IMG/VR virus record: IMGVR_UViG_3300032214_000715
Coordinates: 175,164 to 239,163 of that record
Reading direction: 5' to 3' (one strand)
Length of the DNA stretch: 64,000 bases
This document shows positions 1 through 9,490 of the stretch, piece after piece. The notes beneath the pieces were generated by a model. That model saw only the letters and a list, made by a program, of their open reading frames with translations. It was not told the origin of the DNA and ran no database searches. Both the position numbers and the translations under genes were made by a program. Each line of letters starts with the position of its first letter. The first letter of the stretch is position 1.

Positions 1-678
1 GTCAGTGATTGATACGCCTGTACCACCACTGAAGTGAGCACGAACTTCACTAGCGCTTGGGCCAGTGTAGGTGAATACGCCAGTAGCAGAGTCGTATGAG
101 AATGAACCATCACCGCCAGCATCTGTAGCGCTGAATAGACTTCTTACAGAAGATGTATCAGTTGTAGCAGCGATTGTTAATGTACCAGCTACATCATCGT
201 ATGTCTTGGTGATGTTTGAACCAGCTACGATTAAATCAGCAACACGGTCGTCTACACGCTCGTTTGTGAAATATAGATTTGTTGTGCCTTCAGAAACACT
301 GTCTGTACCGAAACTAATATTTGAAGTTCCGTCAAAGCTTTCGCCGTTGATTGTACGAGCGGTTTCTAGAGCGGTTGCTGTACTAGCATTGCCGGTCAAA
401 GCACCGACAAAACTTGAAGCTGATACTGTGCCTAAACCAGATATTCCATTGCTGGAATCCAGAATAACTGCCTTACTAGCAGTAGCTGTGCCTGCTGTAA
501 CTTTTAGTAGGTCAGCGTAATATGCTCCGCCGACTTCAGAAATGGTAACAGCAGTTCCGTCCGTGCTACTACCGAAATATAATTTACCAGAGCCAGATGA
601 ATATGCTAACTCACCGAACGCTAGATTGGTTGGGACGGCACTCCCAGTAGAACGTTTGATTTTAATTGTTGATGCCAC
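1..678 (-). CDS. Tail-fibre-like virion protein, partial (runs off window start); paralog of 807..2633
   Basis: GTG at 678 with AGGAGA RBS at 685-690; reads MASTIKIKRSTGSAVPTNLAFGELAYSSGSGKLYFGSS..., nearly identical to the N-terminus of 807..2633; frame open to position 1. Confidence 0.85.
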   Translation of the reverse strand, partial: MASTIKIKRSTGSAVPTNLAFGELAYSSGSGKLYFGSSTDGTAVTISEVGGAYYADLLKVTAGTATASKAVILDSSNGISGLGTVSASSFVGALTGNASTATALETARTINGESFDGTSNISFGTDSVSEGTTNLYFTNERVDDRVADLIVAGSNITKTYDDVAGTLTIAATTDTSSVRSLFSATDAGGDGSFSYDSATGVFTYTGPSASEVRAHFSGGTGVSITD

Positions 679-756
679 GAATAATCTCCTTAATTTAGTC
701 TAGCAAAGTTGCTAGATAGTCTATAGTCCTAGATATATTTATCCAATCAAGAAAAA

Positions 757-784
757 AGAGAGAATTAATTTCTTAATTCTCTCT
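757..784 (-). terminator. Rho-independent terminator after 807..2633
   Basis: 12-bp inverted repeat agagagaattaa/ttaattctctct with a 4-nt loop, followed by a T-run on the minus strand. Confidence 0.75.
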
Positions 785-806
785 CGTTCTATTCACTCAC
801 GAGTGA

Positions 807-2633
807 TTAGTATGTACCGCCATCTAGTAGATCAGGATCGATAGATACTACGCCGTCAACTACGTCAAAGTGATTTGCGTTGTAGCTGGCAACACCCTTT
901 GTACCTGTGTCGGTTGCTACGGCAACACTTACGGTTACTTCGTTAGCAGTAACGGCAGTGCTGATAGCGCCTGTTCCGGAAATCGCTAGAGACTCGCCTA
1001 GAGCAACAGCGTCAGAACCAGAACCACCAGTTAGAGTGATTGAACTGTTAGCTAGCTTAGCGTTGGTAACAGCACCGTCAGCGATCTTGGCAGTTGTAAC
1101 TGCGTCAGCAGCGATCTTGGCTTCTGTTACAGCGGCAGCAGCTAGTTCAGCAGTGTCAACTCCAGCAGCCTTGATGGCTACGGCGCCAGCGGTTACAGCG
1201 AAATTGCCAGAAGCGAAGCTAGCAACACCCTGAACGGTGTCAGAAGCTACATCAACACTTACGGTTACTGTGTTAGCAGTAACGGCAGCACTGATAGCGC
1301 CAGAACCAGCGAATGTTAGAGTTTCAGTAGCTAAGTCTACTGTGTCTGTGCCACTGTCACCAGCGATATCTAGTGAGGTGGTGATAGAAGCGGTTGTAAC
1401 TGATGTTACACGACCCTTAGCGTCAACTGTTACTACTGGAATTTCTGAAGAAGAACCGTAGGCACCAGCTGTTACGCCAGAGTTTGCTAGTGTTAGAACT
1501 AGGTCAACGTTACCTGTGCCATCAAATGATACGGCAGAAGCAGTAGCATCGCCGCTAGCACTGAAGTCACGAGCTGTTTCTAGAGCAGTTGCTGTGTCAG
1601 CGTTACCAGTTAGATCACCAGTTACGTTAGCTTCTACTTGCTTGTTGAATACCCACTTGTCGCCAGCTGAAGCGTATGTCAATGTGGCTGAAGCACCAGC
1701 TACTGTTAGACCAGCGCCGTTAGCTTGAGCAGCAGTGGTAGCGTCTTTAGCTAGAGTGAGGTTGATGTCACTGATAGCAACAGCAGTTGAGTTAACTGTT
1801 GTGGTTGTACCCTGTACAGTTAGGTCGCCTGTGATTACAGCGTTACCAGTTACGGTTACGTTGGTAGCGGTGATGTCGTCAGAACTTAGTGTTCCGTCAA
1901 CTGTTACGTTGTTGAATGTAACGTTGTCGGTTGTACCAACAGCCTGACCGATGGAAACTTGACCGTCGGTGATTGATACGCCTGTACCAGCACTGAAGTG
2001 AGCGCGAACTTCACTAGCGCTTGGGCCGGTGTAAGTTAGAACGCCAGTTACGTTGTCGTAAGATAGTGAGCCGTCACCGCCAGCGTCTGTTACGCTGATT
2101 GAATCACGAGCGCGAGTTTCTGTGAAGTATAGATTGGTAGAGCCTTCAGCGATGTCGTCTGTGGTTAGATCAGCAGCGATGTCGCCTGTGTCTAAAGAGA
2201 AAACGCCAGTAGCGCTGTCGTATGTTAGAGCACCTGATGGATCGCTAGCACTTACTGAACCACGAGCACGAGCTTGTGTGAAGTATTGATTGGTTGCGCC
2301 TTCTGCTAGAGCATCGGTGTCATGATTGCTGATGTCACTAACTTGACCAGTTAGATCGCCAACGAACTCGGTAGCAGTAACAGTGGCTAGATTGCCAATA
2401 TTACGACTAGCGTCAACGACAAGAGACTTGCTGGCAGCAGCAGTACCTGGGGTAGCTGTTAGTAGATCAGCATAGTAAGCGCCACCGACTTCGGTGATGT
2501 TTACGGTAGTACCGTTTGTGCTACTACCAAAATATAGCTTGCCTGAGCCAGATGAATATGCTAACTCACCAAAAGCTAGATTGGTTGGGGCTGCTGAGCC
2601 CGTTGAACGTTTGATTTTGATTGTATTTGCCAC
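807..2633 (-). CDS. Tail-fibre/virion structural protein (Ala/Thr/Gly-rich)
   Basis: N-terminal IKIKRS..P..L..GELAY fibre-attachment-type motif; EGxTNxYFT repeats; AVTxAKIA repeats; C-terminal DGGTY. Confidence 0.8.
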   Translation of the reverse strand: MANTIKIKRSTGSAAPTNLAFGELAYSSGSGKLYFGSSTNGTTVNITEVGGAYYADLLTATPGTAAASKSLVVDASRNIGNLATVTATEFVGDLTGQVSDISNHDTDALAEGATNQYFTQARARGSVSASDPSGALTYDSATGVFSLDTGDIAADLTTDDIAEGSTNLYFTETRARDSISVTDAGGDGSLSYDNVTGVLTYTGPSASEVRAHFSAGTGVSITDGQVSIGQAVGTTDNVTFNNVTVDGTLSSDDITATNVTVTGNAVITGDLTVQGTTTTVNSTAVAISDINLTLAKDATTAAQANGAGLTVAGASATLTYASAGDKWVFNKQVEANVTGDLTGNADTATALETARDFSASGDATASAVSFDGTGNVDLVLTLANSGVTAGAYGSSSEIPVVTVDAKGRVTSVTTASITTSLDIAGDSGTDTVDLATETLTFAGSGAISAAVTANTVTVSVDVASDTVQGVASFASGNFAVTAGAVAIKAAGVDTAELAAAAVTEAKIAADAVTTAKIADGAVTNAKLANSSITLTGGSGSDAVALGESLAISGTGAISTAVTANEVTVSVAVATDTGTKGVASYNANHFDVVDGVVSIDPDLLDGGTY

Positions 2634-2747
2634 TTTGTTTTTCTCCTAGGTTAAAGTGTATTATGTATCTTAGTATGGGTACTACGAAAGTACTCATACA
2701 TATATTTATACAAGACGTTTATTTTTTGAATAAAAACTTGTATTTCC

Positions 2748-3209
2748 TTAAAATGCGCCGCCGTCTAACTCAGAAGACGCATCCCATTTTCCAGTAACAC
2801 TATTGTACTTCAATAGTGCGTCCTGAGCAATTGGGTCGGCGGCATTTACATCTCCTATGTCTGATAATTTATCAATCTTTGCGCTGACGGTAAATTTAGT
2901 CCAATTTTCTTCCGCATTTGGCATTTCACCCGTGATGGAATCACGACTTTGCCCTGAAAGAAGAGAGTATTTATAGTATGAATCACCAGTTCTGGTGAAC
3001 CCGCCCGCAGTGTATTCAGTTTTTACATAGACCAACATACCCTCAGTTAATCGTTGACCTGTGATATTGGTTAATCTATTTCCAAATGATCCAGTGACGC
3101 TTTGTAACGAGCCACGAATTTCCGTATCCAGTACGATTGGATGATTGCCAGTAGGGCTCCAAGTACCAGTCCAAGTGTTTCTTGTTAAACCATCGTAATT
3201 TGTGCTCAT
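2748..3209 (-). CDS. Small virion/fibre-associated protein
   Basis: 153 aa; LSDIGDV...LLKYNSVTGKW fibre motif; C-terminal DGGAF. Confidence 0.65.
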   Translation of the reverse strand: MSTNYDGLTRNTWTGTWSPTGNHPIVLDTEIRGSLQSVTGSFGNRLTNITGQRLTEGMLVYVKTEYTAGGFTRTGDSYYKYSLLSGQSRDSITGEMPNAEENWTKFTVSAKIDKLSDIGDVNAADPIAQDALLKYNSVTGKWDASSELDGGAF

Positions 3210-6200
3210 GATATACTCACATATGTTGTTCCAGGCTGTAAGGTTATTCCATACAGCGTGTATCCTTCAGCAACATATCCTGCTGGCGGCGTAGTTGGTT
3301 GTAAACTAACAGTGTTTCCAGTTGTCACGCTTACATCAGATAACAACGACGATGTTGGACCAGTTTTGAATGATGTTGGCTGACTAGCACTAGTGCGAAC
3401 GGCGAACCAAAATGCTCTTGGAGTGCTTTCAGTATTGTTTACATTCCCGGCAAATACTTTAACTTGACTTCCAAGCGCGGTGACTCCCGCGGCAAAAGCA
3501 GTTTCGTTTACTATGTTAGAAGCTGTTGGTGGAACACTTGTAGCTGTAGTAAATAGCCAGAAACTAGGGTATGTAAATGTAGCACTGGCGCTAGCGGTAG
3601 TAGCACTTAGATTTGCCGTGTACGAAGTTCCAGTGACGCTTGCTGGTCGTGTAAATGTGGTAGAAACACTTACAGTTCTTGTTGTCGCCGTGTTATTTTT
3701 GTGTATAGGATCAGTAAATGTAAATGTTCCACTTGCTGTAGCACTACTTGTAGTACCACCCACTGCTGTAACACTATTAGCATAATTTGAAGTACTTGAC
3801 ATTCCAGTTACAGTAACTGTATATGCCACTGAATTGTAACTCTGTAAGAATGTGTTGCCAGTTAAACTGGAAAGTGCTACTCCAAGAGTAGGTGTCGCCC
3901 AGTTTACTGATATACTAGCCGTAGAGGTCATGTACTCAGCGGTACTAGTTCCATTATAGAAATTGAATGCTATTGTCCCAGCGGCATTTCCACCTGCTAT
4001 TGTAGTACTTGTTGGTCTGATAAATGAATCGGCGTCTGTAGTAAACGTCTGAGTCCAATCTACAGTTCCTGCTGGAGTGGCAGATTGTACTCCAGCACTA
4101 AATGTATTCAATGCGCTTATTGAACCGCTTGTAGCAGTTATACTTCTAACGGCGGAAATATATTGATCAGTAATGTCATCTGGATTTACAACACTTACAG
4201 CAAATGATGTAATTGGTTGATCCCAGCTTGGAGATGCGGGAGATATAGTAGCACTGATTGTTGGTGTAAATGTGGCCAGTGTTAAACGAAGCTTGTTTCC
4301 AAAGAATTCAGCCACGCGAACTGGTGATGTGGACCCATTCTCTTGGTATCCAGTAAGAGTTCTATAAGAGCCACTAGTAGTAAATACCAGCGGGCCAGAT
4401 TGCTCAGATATACTAGTCCAACTAACATTTCCAGCACCGTCTGTACTCAATACTTGTCCACTGGTTCCTCCACCAATGCTTATATTGTCTGTGCTTTCAA
4501 ATGCTACTTTATCGGCAGTGGCAGTTACACCAGAAACGCCGGCAAAAGACCCATTGTTGTTATATTGTAGCTGCCCGTCAGTTCCACCAGGAATTCCAGC
4601 CGCGTCATCAACTGGAATCCACTTATCCATTACTGAGTTATAACCCAGTAACTGTCCATCGGTTGGTGGAACTGTAGTCAAGTCAACATTAACTAAATCA
4701 TCAAGACTTCCAGTTGTAGCTACTGTGGCAAAATCTGGCTTGTCGGTGATGTTATTCCACGTTAGTGAAGTTGTTGTAATGTATCCAGCGGCGTTCCCAA
4801 AGATACCAACATCTGGAACGGTGCCGTTAAGATTTTCCCAAGTGAAGTTTGATTGAGTTACATACTGCGCGTCGTTCGTGAATTCACTTACGTTTGTTGG
4901 GCGATTAATTACGTTTTCCCACGTTATATCAGTTTTTAACGCATAATTTATATCGTTTTGAAAGTAACTAAGACCAGTTGGAGTACCGCTAATAGAACTC
5001 CATGCTAATTCTGAAAATTTTACAAATCCAACATCATTTGTAAAGTCACTTACTTTAGTTGGAGCATTAGTCAAGTCTGTGTAGTTTCCACCGAATGGAG
5101 CTGCTACACTTATAGTTCCATCCTCGGCGACTGTAACGTTATCACCTATCTTAACTCCACCCAAAATAGTGCTAGTTGCTACCGCTATTGGGGTAGTATT
5201 TGACCAAGATACGTCACTACCGTCAGTAATTAAAACTTTGTTTGCGTTTCCGTTCTGACTTGGTAATAGCGCTGCTCGTGCTGCCGCTGGGGTTTCTGCT
5301 CCTGTGCCGCCGCTCTCTACTGGTAGTACGCCGCTAAATCCAACTGTTATGTTTCCAGTTGATCCAGTAATTGATATGTTTTGTCCAGCAGTAGCAGATA
5401 AAACTCCGGTATTGCTGATAGTATTTTCTACTATACTGATTCCGTTGCCAGCAATGTAGTTACCTACGGATCCAAACTGAGACCACTCTATAGCACTTGT
5501 TCCCAGAGATATAGTTCCGGGAGTAATCATAATCCATTGAGTGCCAGCTAATGTAGTTCCATTCTGTATAAATGTGAAATCACCAGCAGACACTTCACCA
5601 GCAAAGCTGTTATCAAAATCAGTGGCTCGCATCAGTACCCAATTTGGGTTATTAGCTGATAGCACATATATGCCGTTTTGTTTCTTGTCGGTTTGATTCT
5701 TAAGTAAGATTCTATCGCCAACTATTAATGTGTGACCATCTAGTTGTGTAAGTTGTCCTACGCCAGTTAGGGTTGCTCCTATACCGTTTGATCCATTGTT
5801 ATAAGTTCCGTTTAGATTAGCGGTAGAAGCAACCGCACAAGCAAGGTGTACGTTAAGACCACTAGCTAAATTATCTACGTATTGTTTTGTGGCAGCATCT
5901 AACGCACTTACTGGGTCCGCGTGTAGCGTTAGTGTGCCCTGCATAGTGTCGCCGGCTCGATTTACAGGAGTATATCCAAGACCACTGATTACATCAGACC
6001 CGCTGAACGCTTTCCAAACTATATTAGTTCCATCAGTTGATAGTACTCGACCAGAAAATGATGCCTGCGACGGCAATAAATTATTAATAGCATCAGTTGG
6101 ATTACTTGCCCCAGTACCGCCGTTAAATACTCCTAAAGTTCCGCCTACTGTAAATGTGCCAGAAGTCGTTATTGGGTTTCCGTCTCCAGTAGTAAAGGTT

Positions 6201-6406
6201 AGTCCGGTACCACCCGGATCAATATTTACAGACTTTACCGAACCAAAATCAGGGTTAGCGTTAAAATATTTAATAGTAGAGGTGCCGTCTTTATAAAACA
6301 GACGACCGTCAGCATAGTTAATCGCAATTTCACCAAACGATAAGTCAGATATTAATGGACTTGTTCCAGTCGTACCCGAATTTTTAATAATAATCGTTGT
6401 TGCCAT
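3206..6406 (-). CDS. Long tail-fibre protein
   Basis: 1066 aa; N-terminal GEIAINYADGRLFYKD; GGTGA repeats; AATKQYVD module; LDDLVNV..LLGYN..KW motif. Confidence 0.8.
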   Translation of the reverse strand: MATTIIIKNSGTTGTSPLISDLSFGEIAINYADGRLFYKDGTSTIKYFNANPDFGSVKSVNIDPGGTGLTFTTGDGNPITTSGTFTVGGTLGVFNGGTGASNPTDAINNLLPSQASFSGRVLSTDGTNIVWKAFSGSDVISGLGYTPVNRAGDTMQGTLTLHADPVSALDAATKQYVDNLASGLNVHLACAVASTANLNGTYNNGSNGIGATLTGVGQLTQLDGHTLIVGDRILLKNQTDKKQNGIYVLSANNPNWVLMRATDFDNSFAGEVSAGDFTFIQNGTTLAGTQWIMITPGTISLGTSAIEWSQFGSVGNYIAGNGISIVENTISNTGVLSATAGQNISITGSTGNITVGFSGVLPVESGGTGAETPAAARAALLPSQNGNANKVLITDGSDVSWSNTTPIAVATSTILGGVKIGDNVTVAEDGTISVAAPFGGNYTDLTNAPTKVSDFTNDVGFVKFSELAWSSISGTPTGLSYFQNDINYALKTDITWENVINRPTNVSEFTNDAQYVTQSNFTWENLNGTVPDVGIFGNAAGYITTTSLTWNNITDKPDFATVATTGSLDDLVNVDLTTVPPTDGQLLGYNSVMDKWIPVDDAAGIPGGTDGQLQYNNNGSFAGVSGVTATADKVAFESTDNISIGGGTSGQVLSTDGAGNVSWTSISEQSGPLVFTTSGSYRTLTGYQENGSTSPVRVAEFFGNKLRLTLATFTPTISATISPASPSWDQPITSFAVSVVNPDDITDQYISAVRSITATSGSISALNTFSAGVQSATPAGTVDWTQTFTTDADSFIRPTSTTIAGGNAAGTIAFNFYNGTSTAEYMTSTASISVNWATPTLGVALSSLTGNTFLQSYNSVAYTVTVTGMSSTSNYANSVTAVGGTTSSATASGTFTFTDPIHKNNTATTRTVSVSTTFTRPASVTGTSYTANLSATTASASATFTYPSFWLFTTATSVPPTASNIVNETAFAAGVTALGSQVKVFAGNVNNTESTPRAFWFAVRTSASQPTSFKTGPTSSLLSDVSVTTGNTVSLQPTTPPAGYVAEGYTLYGITLQPGTTYVSIS

Positions 6407-6420
6407 TTATTTTTCCTTGT

Positions 6421-7389
6421 TTAACCGAAACTTCCGCCGTTTATTATGCCTACTAAATTGTCAACGTAATACTTGTTAACTAGATCGTTATCAGCTAGAC
6501 CTTGTGAGTACAGTTGAGCAGTGGGGCCTTGTACTGTAACTTTATTAGCATTATTGTTGGGTAGTATCATTGTAGTGTCTCCTGACTGAGACTCCAAAAA
6601 TAAATTAGATGTTCTGGCGCGCAGTGTTAGAGTTTCACCTGAATTAGTCTGTATTACTGAATTTCCAGTTCCAGTTACAACTACACTTCCACTTCCATTT
6701 GGTAACAACACTAGATCAGAATTAGTTGCCGTGGCAGAAATACTTGAGTTGGCACCGTTTATTACAACTGGATAAGCTGATCCAACGCTCAGTGTGCTTT
6801 GTGTGTTATCAAAACTAAGTTTATCCGATTGAGCTACTGCGTCTGTGCCGTTTCCGTACAGTATTTGATTTGGCATTAACTCAGTGAGTCCAGTACCGCC
6901 GCTACTTACTGGTACTGTATCAAGTGATATAGTAAGCGTGTCGCCGTTTAACTCAACCGTAATCGGGCTATCGCCAGTAGTAGTTACTGTTTTTCCAACA
7001 ACCTTCCAGGCAGCTCCGTCATAGTATTCCGCTACAGGGCTGGATCCGCTAGTGTTAATTCTCAACATTCCAACTGTCGGGGACTCTGGTCGTTCTTCAG
7101 TAGTACCAACTGGTATACTTACGGCTGAGGTTCCATCAAATTTAACGACACCCTGTTGTTGTAAACTAACTGTAGTTCCAGCAAAGCTTAATTTCCCAGT
7201 GTCGGAAGATATATTTACGTCGGTGTCTAATGCGGTAATAGACGAAGCCACCATTGGAATATGGGTGGATTCGTTTGTTGCTCTTACGCTAAAGGAATTA
7301 GTAATTACATCGTAATAAACTACGCCGCCATTTTTCCCGTACTGTACCGAGTTTGATGTTCCTGCTAATCCGTAATTTTTTGTAACCAT
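6421..7389 (-). CDS. Virion structural/fibre-associated protein
   Basis: 322 aa; IPVGTTEERP..GMLRIN motif; GGTG; NKYYVD; C-terminal NGGSF. Confidence 0.7.
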   Translation of the reverse strand: MVTKNYGLAGTSNSVQYGKNGGVVYYDVITNSFSVRATNESTHIPMVASSITALDTDVNISSDTGKLSFAGTTVSLQQQGVVKFDGTSAVSIPVGTTEERPESPTVGMLRINTSGSSPVAEYYDGAAWKVVGKTVTTTGDSPITVELNGDTLTISLDTVPVSSGGTGLTELMPNQILYGNGTDAVAQSDKLSFDNTQSTLSVGSAYPVVINGANSSISATATNSDLVLLPNGSGSVVVTGTGNSVIQTNSGETLTLRARTSNLFLESQSGDTTMILPNNNANKVTVQGPTAQLYSQGLADNDLVNKYYVDNLVGIINGGSFG

Positions 7390-7428
7390 ATTTAATTCCT
7401 AACTTAAATATTTATATCACGATCATCA

Positions 7429-9471
7429 TCAAACATATGTGATGATTATAGTGGCCGCACCTTGAGTTGATCCACCATCATTAAAAGTACCAGTTACTGT
7501 TACATCTCCATCAACATTAACTCCTGGTGTGCCACCAACTCCAAATTTAAGCCCAGTATCAGCGGTGTATATACCAACGGCATTTAAGTTGTTTAGATTT
7601 ATCGCCATTAGTCCATTGATGGAAGTCACTGGAGTTTCTGAATTATTGATTAAGTAACCAAGCGCAAGTGTGGCCAATCCGTTAAATGGAACAGACACAT
7701 TTACTGCTACCGATGCTATTCTGCGACCAGTTGTTAGTGTTCCAATATTAAATTCAAGCGGAGAATTATTGGTTAATGTGTAGGATAGTGTCTTGCTGTC
7801 TACACTTGCTGAACTTTGTCTAGCAATTAAGACCCAATCAGATCCGTCCCACAACCAATTACTCCATTGATTTACATAATTATTATTTCCATCATTGCTG
7901 TCAATTACATAGGCTTGATCTCCTATTAATGGAGTAAGTGAGTCTCTGAAGGCCAAGTCAGTTACTACCATTGCGCCTGCTTGACGCACTCCGCCCTGTA
8001 TATAAAGACCAGCGGCCTTTGTTCCATTTTCAACACTTACTAAACCAAAGTCTAGAGTGACACTTCCCTGTACATCTAAGAAATTAATTGCTCTGGCATC
8101 AATGGCAGTAAATTTGACAATATTCTGTGTAGATGCTGAAGTACTTAACGAGATACCAGATCCTGAGTTTGGTCCAGCAAAGGGAACACCATTGGTATCA
8201 CTGTTAACATTACTAATAGTAATTATTCCGCCGCTGTCATTAATAATTTTCAATCCTGTTCCAGAGTTTATTACCTCGGCAGATATATTGGGTATGTTCG
8301 CATTGTTAATATCCTTTGCCATTTGCGTTGGTAGTGAGTAATCTTCGTATCCAGGAACAGATGATCTGCTAGAAAACGTCACCAATACTCCATTTATGCT
8401 GGCGCTGACCGGATTAGAGGCGGCGAATAGCGCAGGCTCACCATAGATTGTTGATATATTAGATGATATCGTTTGCGCCGATGATGGACTTAAACTTAGC
8501 TCCGCATTTACTCCAGTGTCTTCAGTCGCCGAGTTAATAGCAGATACTAAATCCTCTGCGGACCCAGTTCCACCAACAGTGATATTTACTGAATTCAGAG
8601 AAATTATACTTCCAGAAGTTGTCGGGCCAGTAGAAGTCCCAGACACCTTAGATACGGTCTGATTTCTTAATTTAATGTAGATAGGAGACCCGGCTGAATC
8701 CAACGATAGTTCCCCTGGAACATCAGTTGAACTGTATATTTGATCGCCTACGTCACCTGGAAGAGAGTCTAGAAAATCAACTATCTTGTTGATGGGATTT
8801 ATAGTAAACCATCCAGGGATAGCATCAGACACAGACGTTACTCGTCCAATTACAATTTTATAAAATTCATCGGCTAATACATATCTATGTGTTTCGTTAT
8901 CTACGGCTATGACATCATTGATAGCAAACGTATTGTCTGCTTGATATAGTGCGTAATCGTACTGTAGATTATTGTACGTAAATCTACTAATTAAATTTTG
9001 AGTGAAGTTAGAAGAAATTCCTGATGGGGGAACTGGGTCTATTTGCGGTATTCCGTCTCCACTTAGATTAAAAATGACATATACACCGAGACTTAGACCA
9101 CCATTTCCAACTTGAGAGGTATCTCTAAAGGTATTGTATCTATAAATATCCTGAACAGTGGCAACTACGCTATTTGCTGATTTGGACTCTATGGATATTA
9201 TTTGCCACGCTTGCCCAGTAGTGGCGTTGGCAATCCACTGCCCTATAGTTACATCATATCCATTATACAATCCGGGATTTCTAGTCAGATAAGAGCTTTG
9301 ATTTTGAGATGCCACTGACATCTCAATTTTCCAGCGATATGCTTTTGCCGACGGCGCTGGAGAGCCCGTAGATGGGAAATTTAAAGGATTGTACCAGGGT
9401 AAAAACTCTGTGCCCAATACGCTAGTAACGTTAGCCTCTAATGTTTTTACGGGTTTATTTAAAAATGACAT
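7429..9471 (-). CDS. Putative virion structural protein
   Basis: 680 aa, beta-rich S/T/N composition, inside the fibre cluster. Confidence 0.6.
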   Translation of the reverse strand: MSFLNKPVKTLEANVTSVLGTEFLPWYNPLNFPSTGSPAPSAKAYRWKIEMSVASQNQSSYLTRNPGLYNGYDVTIGQWIANATTGQAWQIISIESKSANSVVATVQDIYRYNTFRDTSQVGNGGLSLGVYVIFNLSGDGIPQIDPVPPSGISSNFTQNLISRFTYNNLQYDYALYQADNTFAINDVIAVDNETHRYVLADEFYKIVIGRVTSVSDAIPGWFTINPINKIVDFLDSLPGDVGDQIYSSTDVPGELSLDSAGSPIYIKLRNQTVSKVSGTSTGPTTSGSIISLNSVNITVGGTGSAEDLVSAINSATEDTGVNAELSLSPSSAQTISSNISTIYGEPALFAASNPVSASINGVLVTFSSRSSVPGYEDYSLPTQMAKDINNANIPNISAEVINSGTGLKIINDSGGIITISNVNSDTNGVPFAGPNSGSGISLSTSASTQNIVKFTAIDARAINFLDVQGSVTLDFGLVSVENGTKAAGLYIQGGVRQAGAMVVTDLAFRDSLTPLIGDQAYVIDSNDGNNNYVNQWSNWLWDGSDWVLIARQSSASVDSKTLSYTLTNNSPLEFNIGTLTTGRRIASVAVNVSVPFNGLATLALGYLINNSETPVTSINGLMAINLNNLNAVGIYTADTGLKFGVGGTPGVNVDGDVTVTGTFNDGGSTQGAATIIITYV

Positions 9472-9490
9472 TTATCTGCCCTCGGATGCG

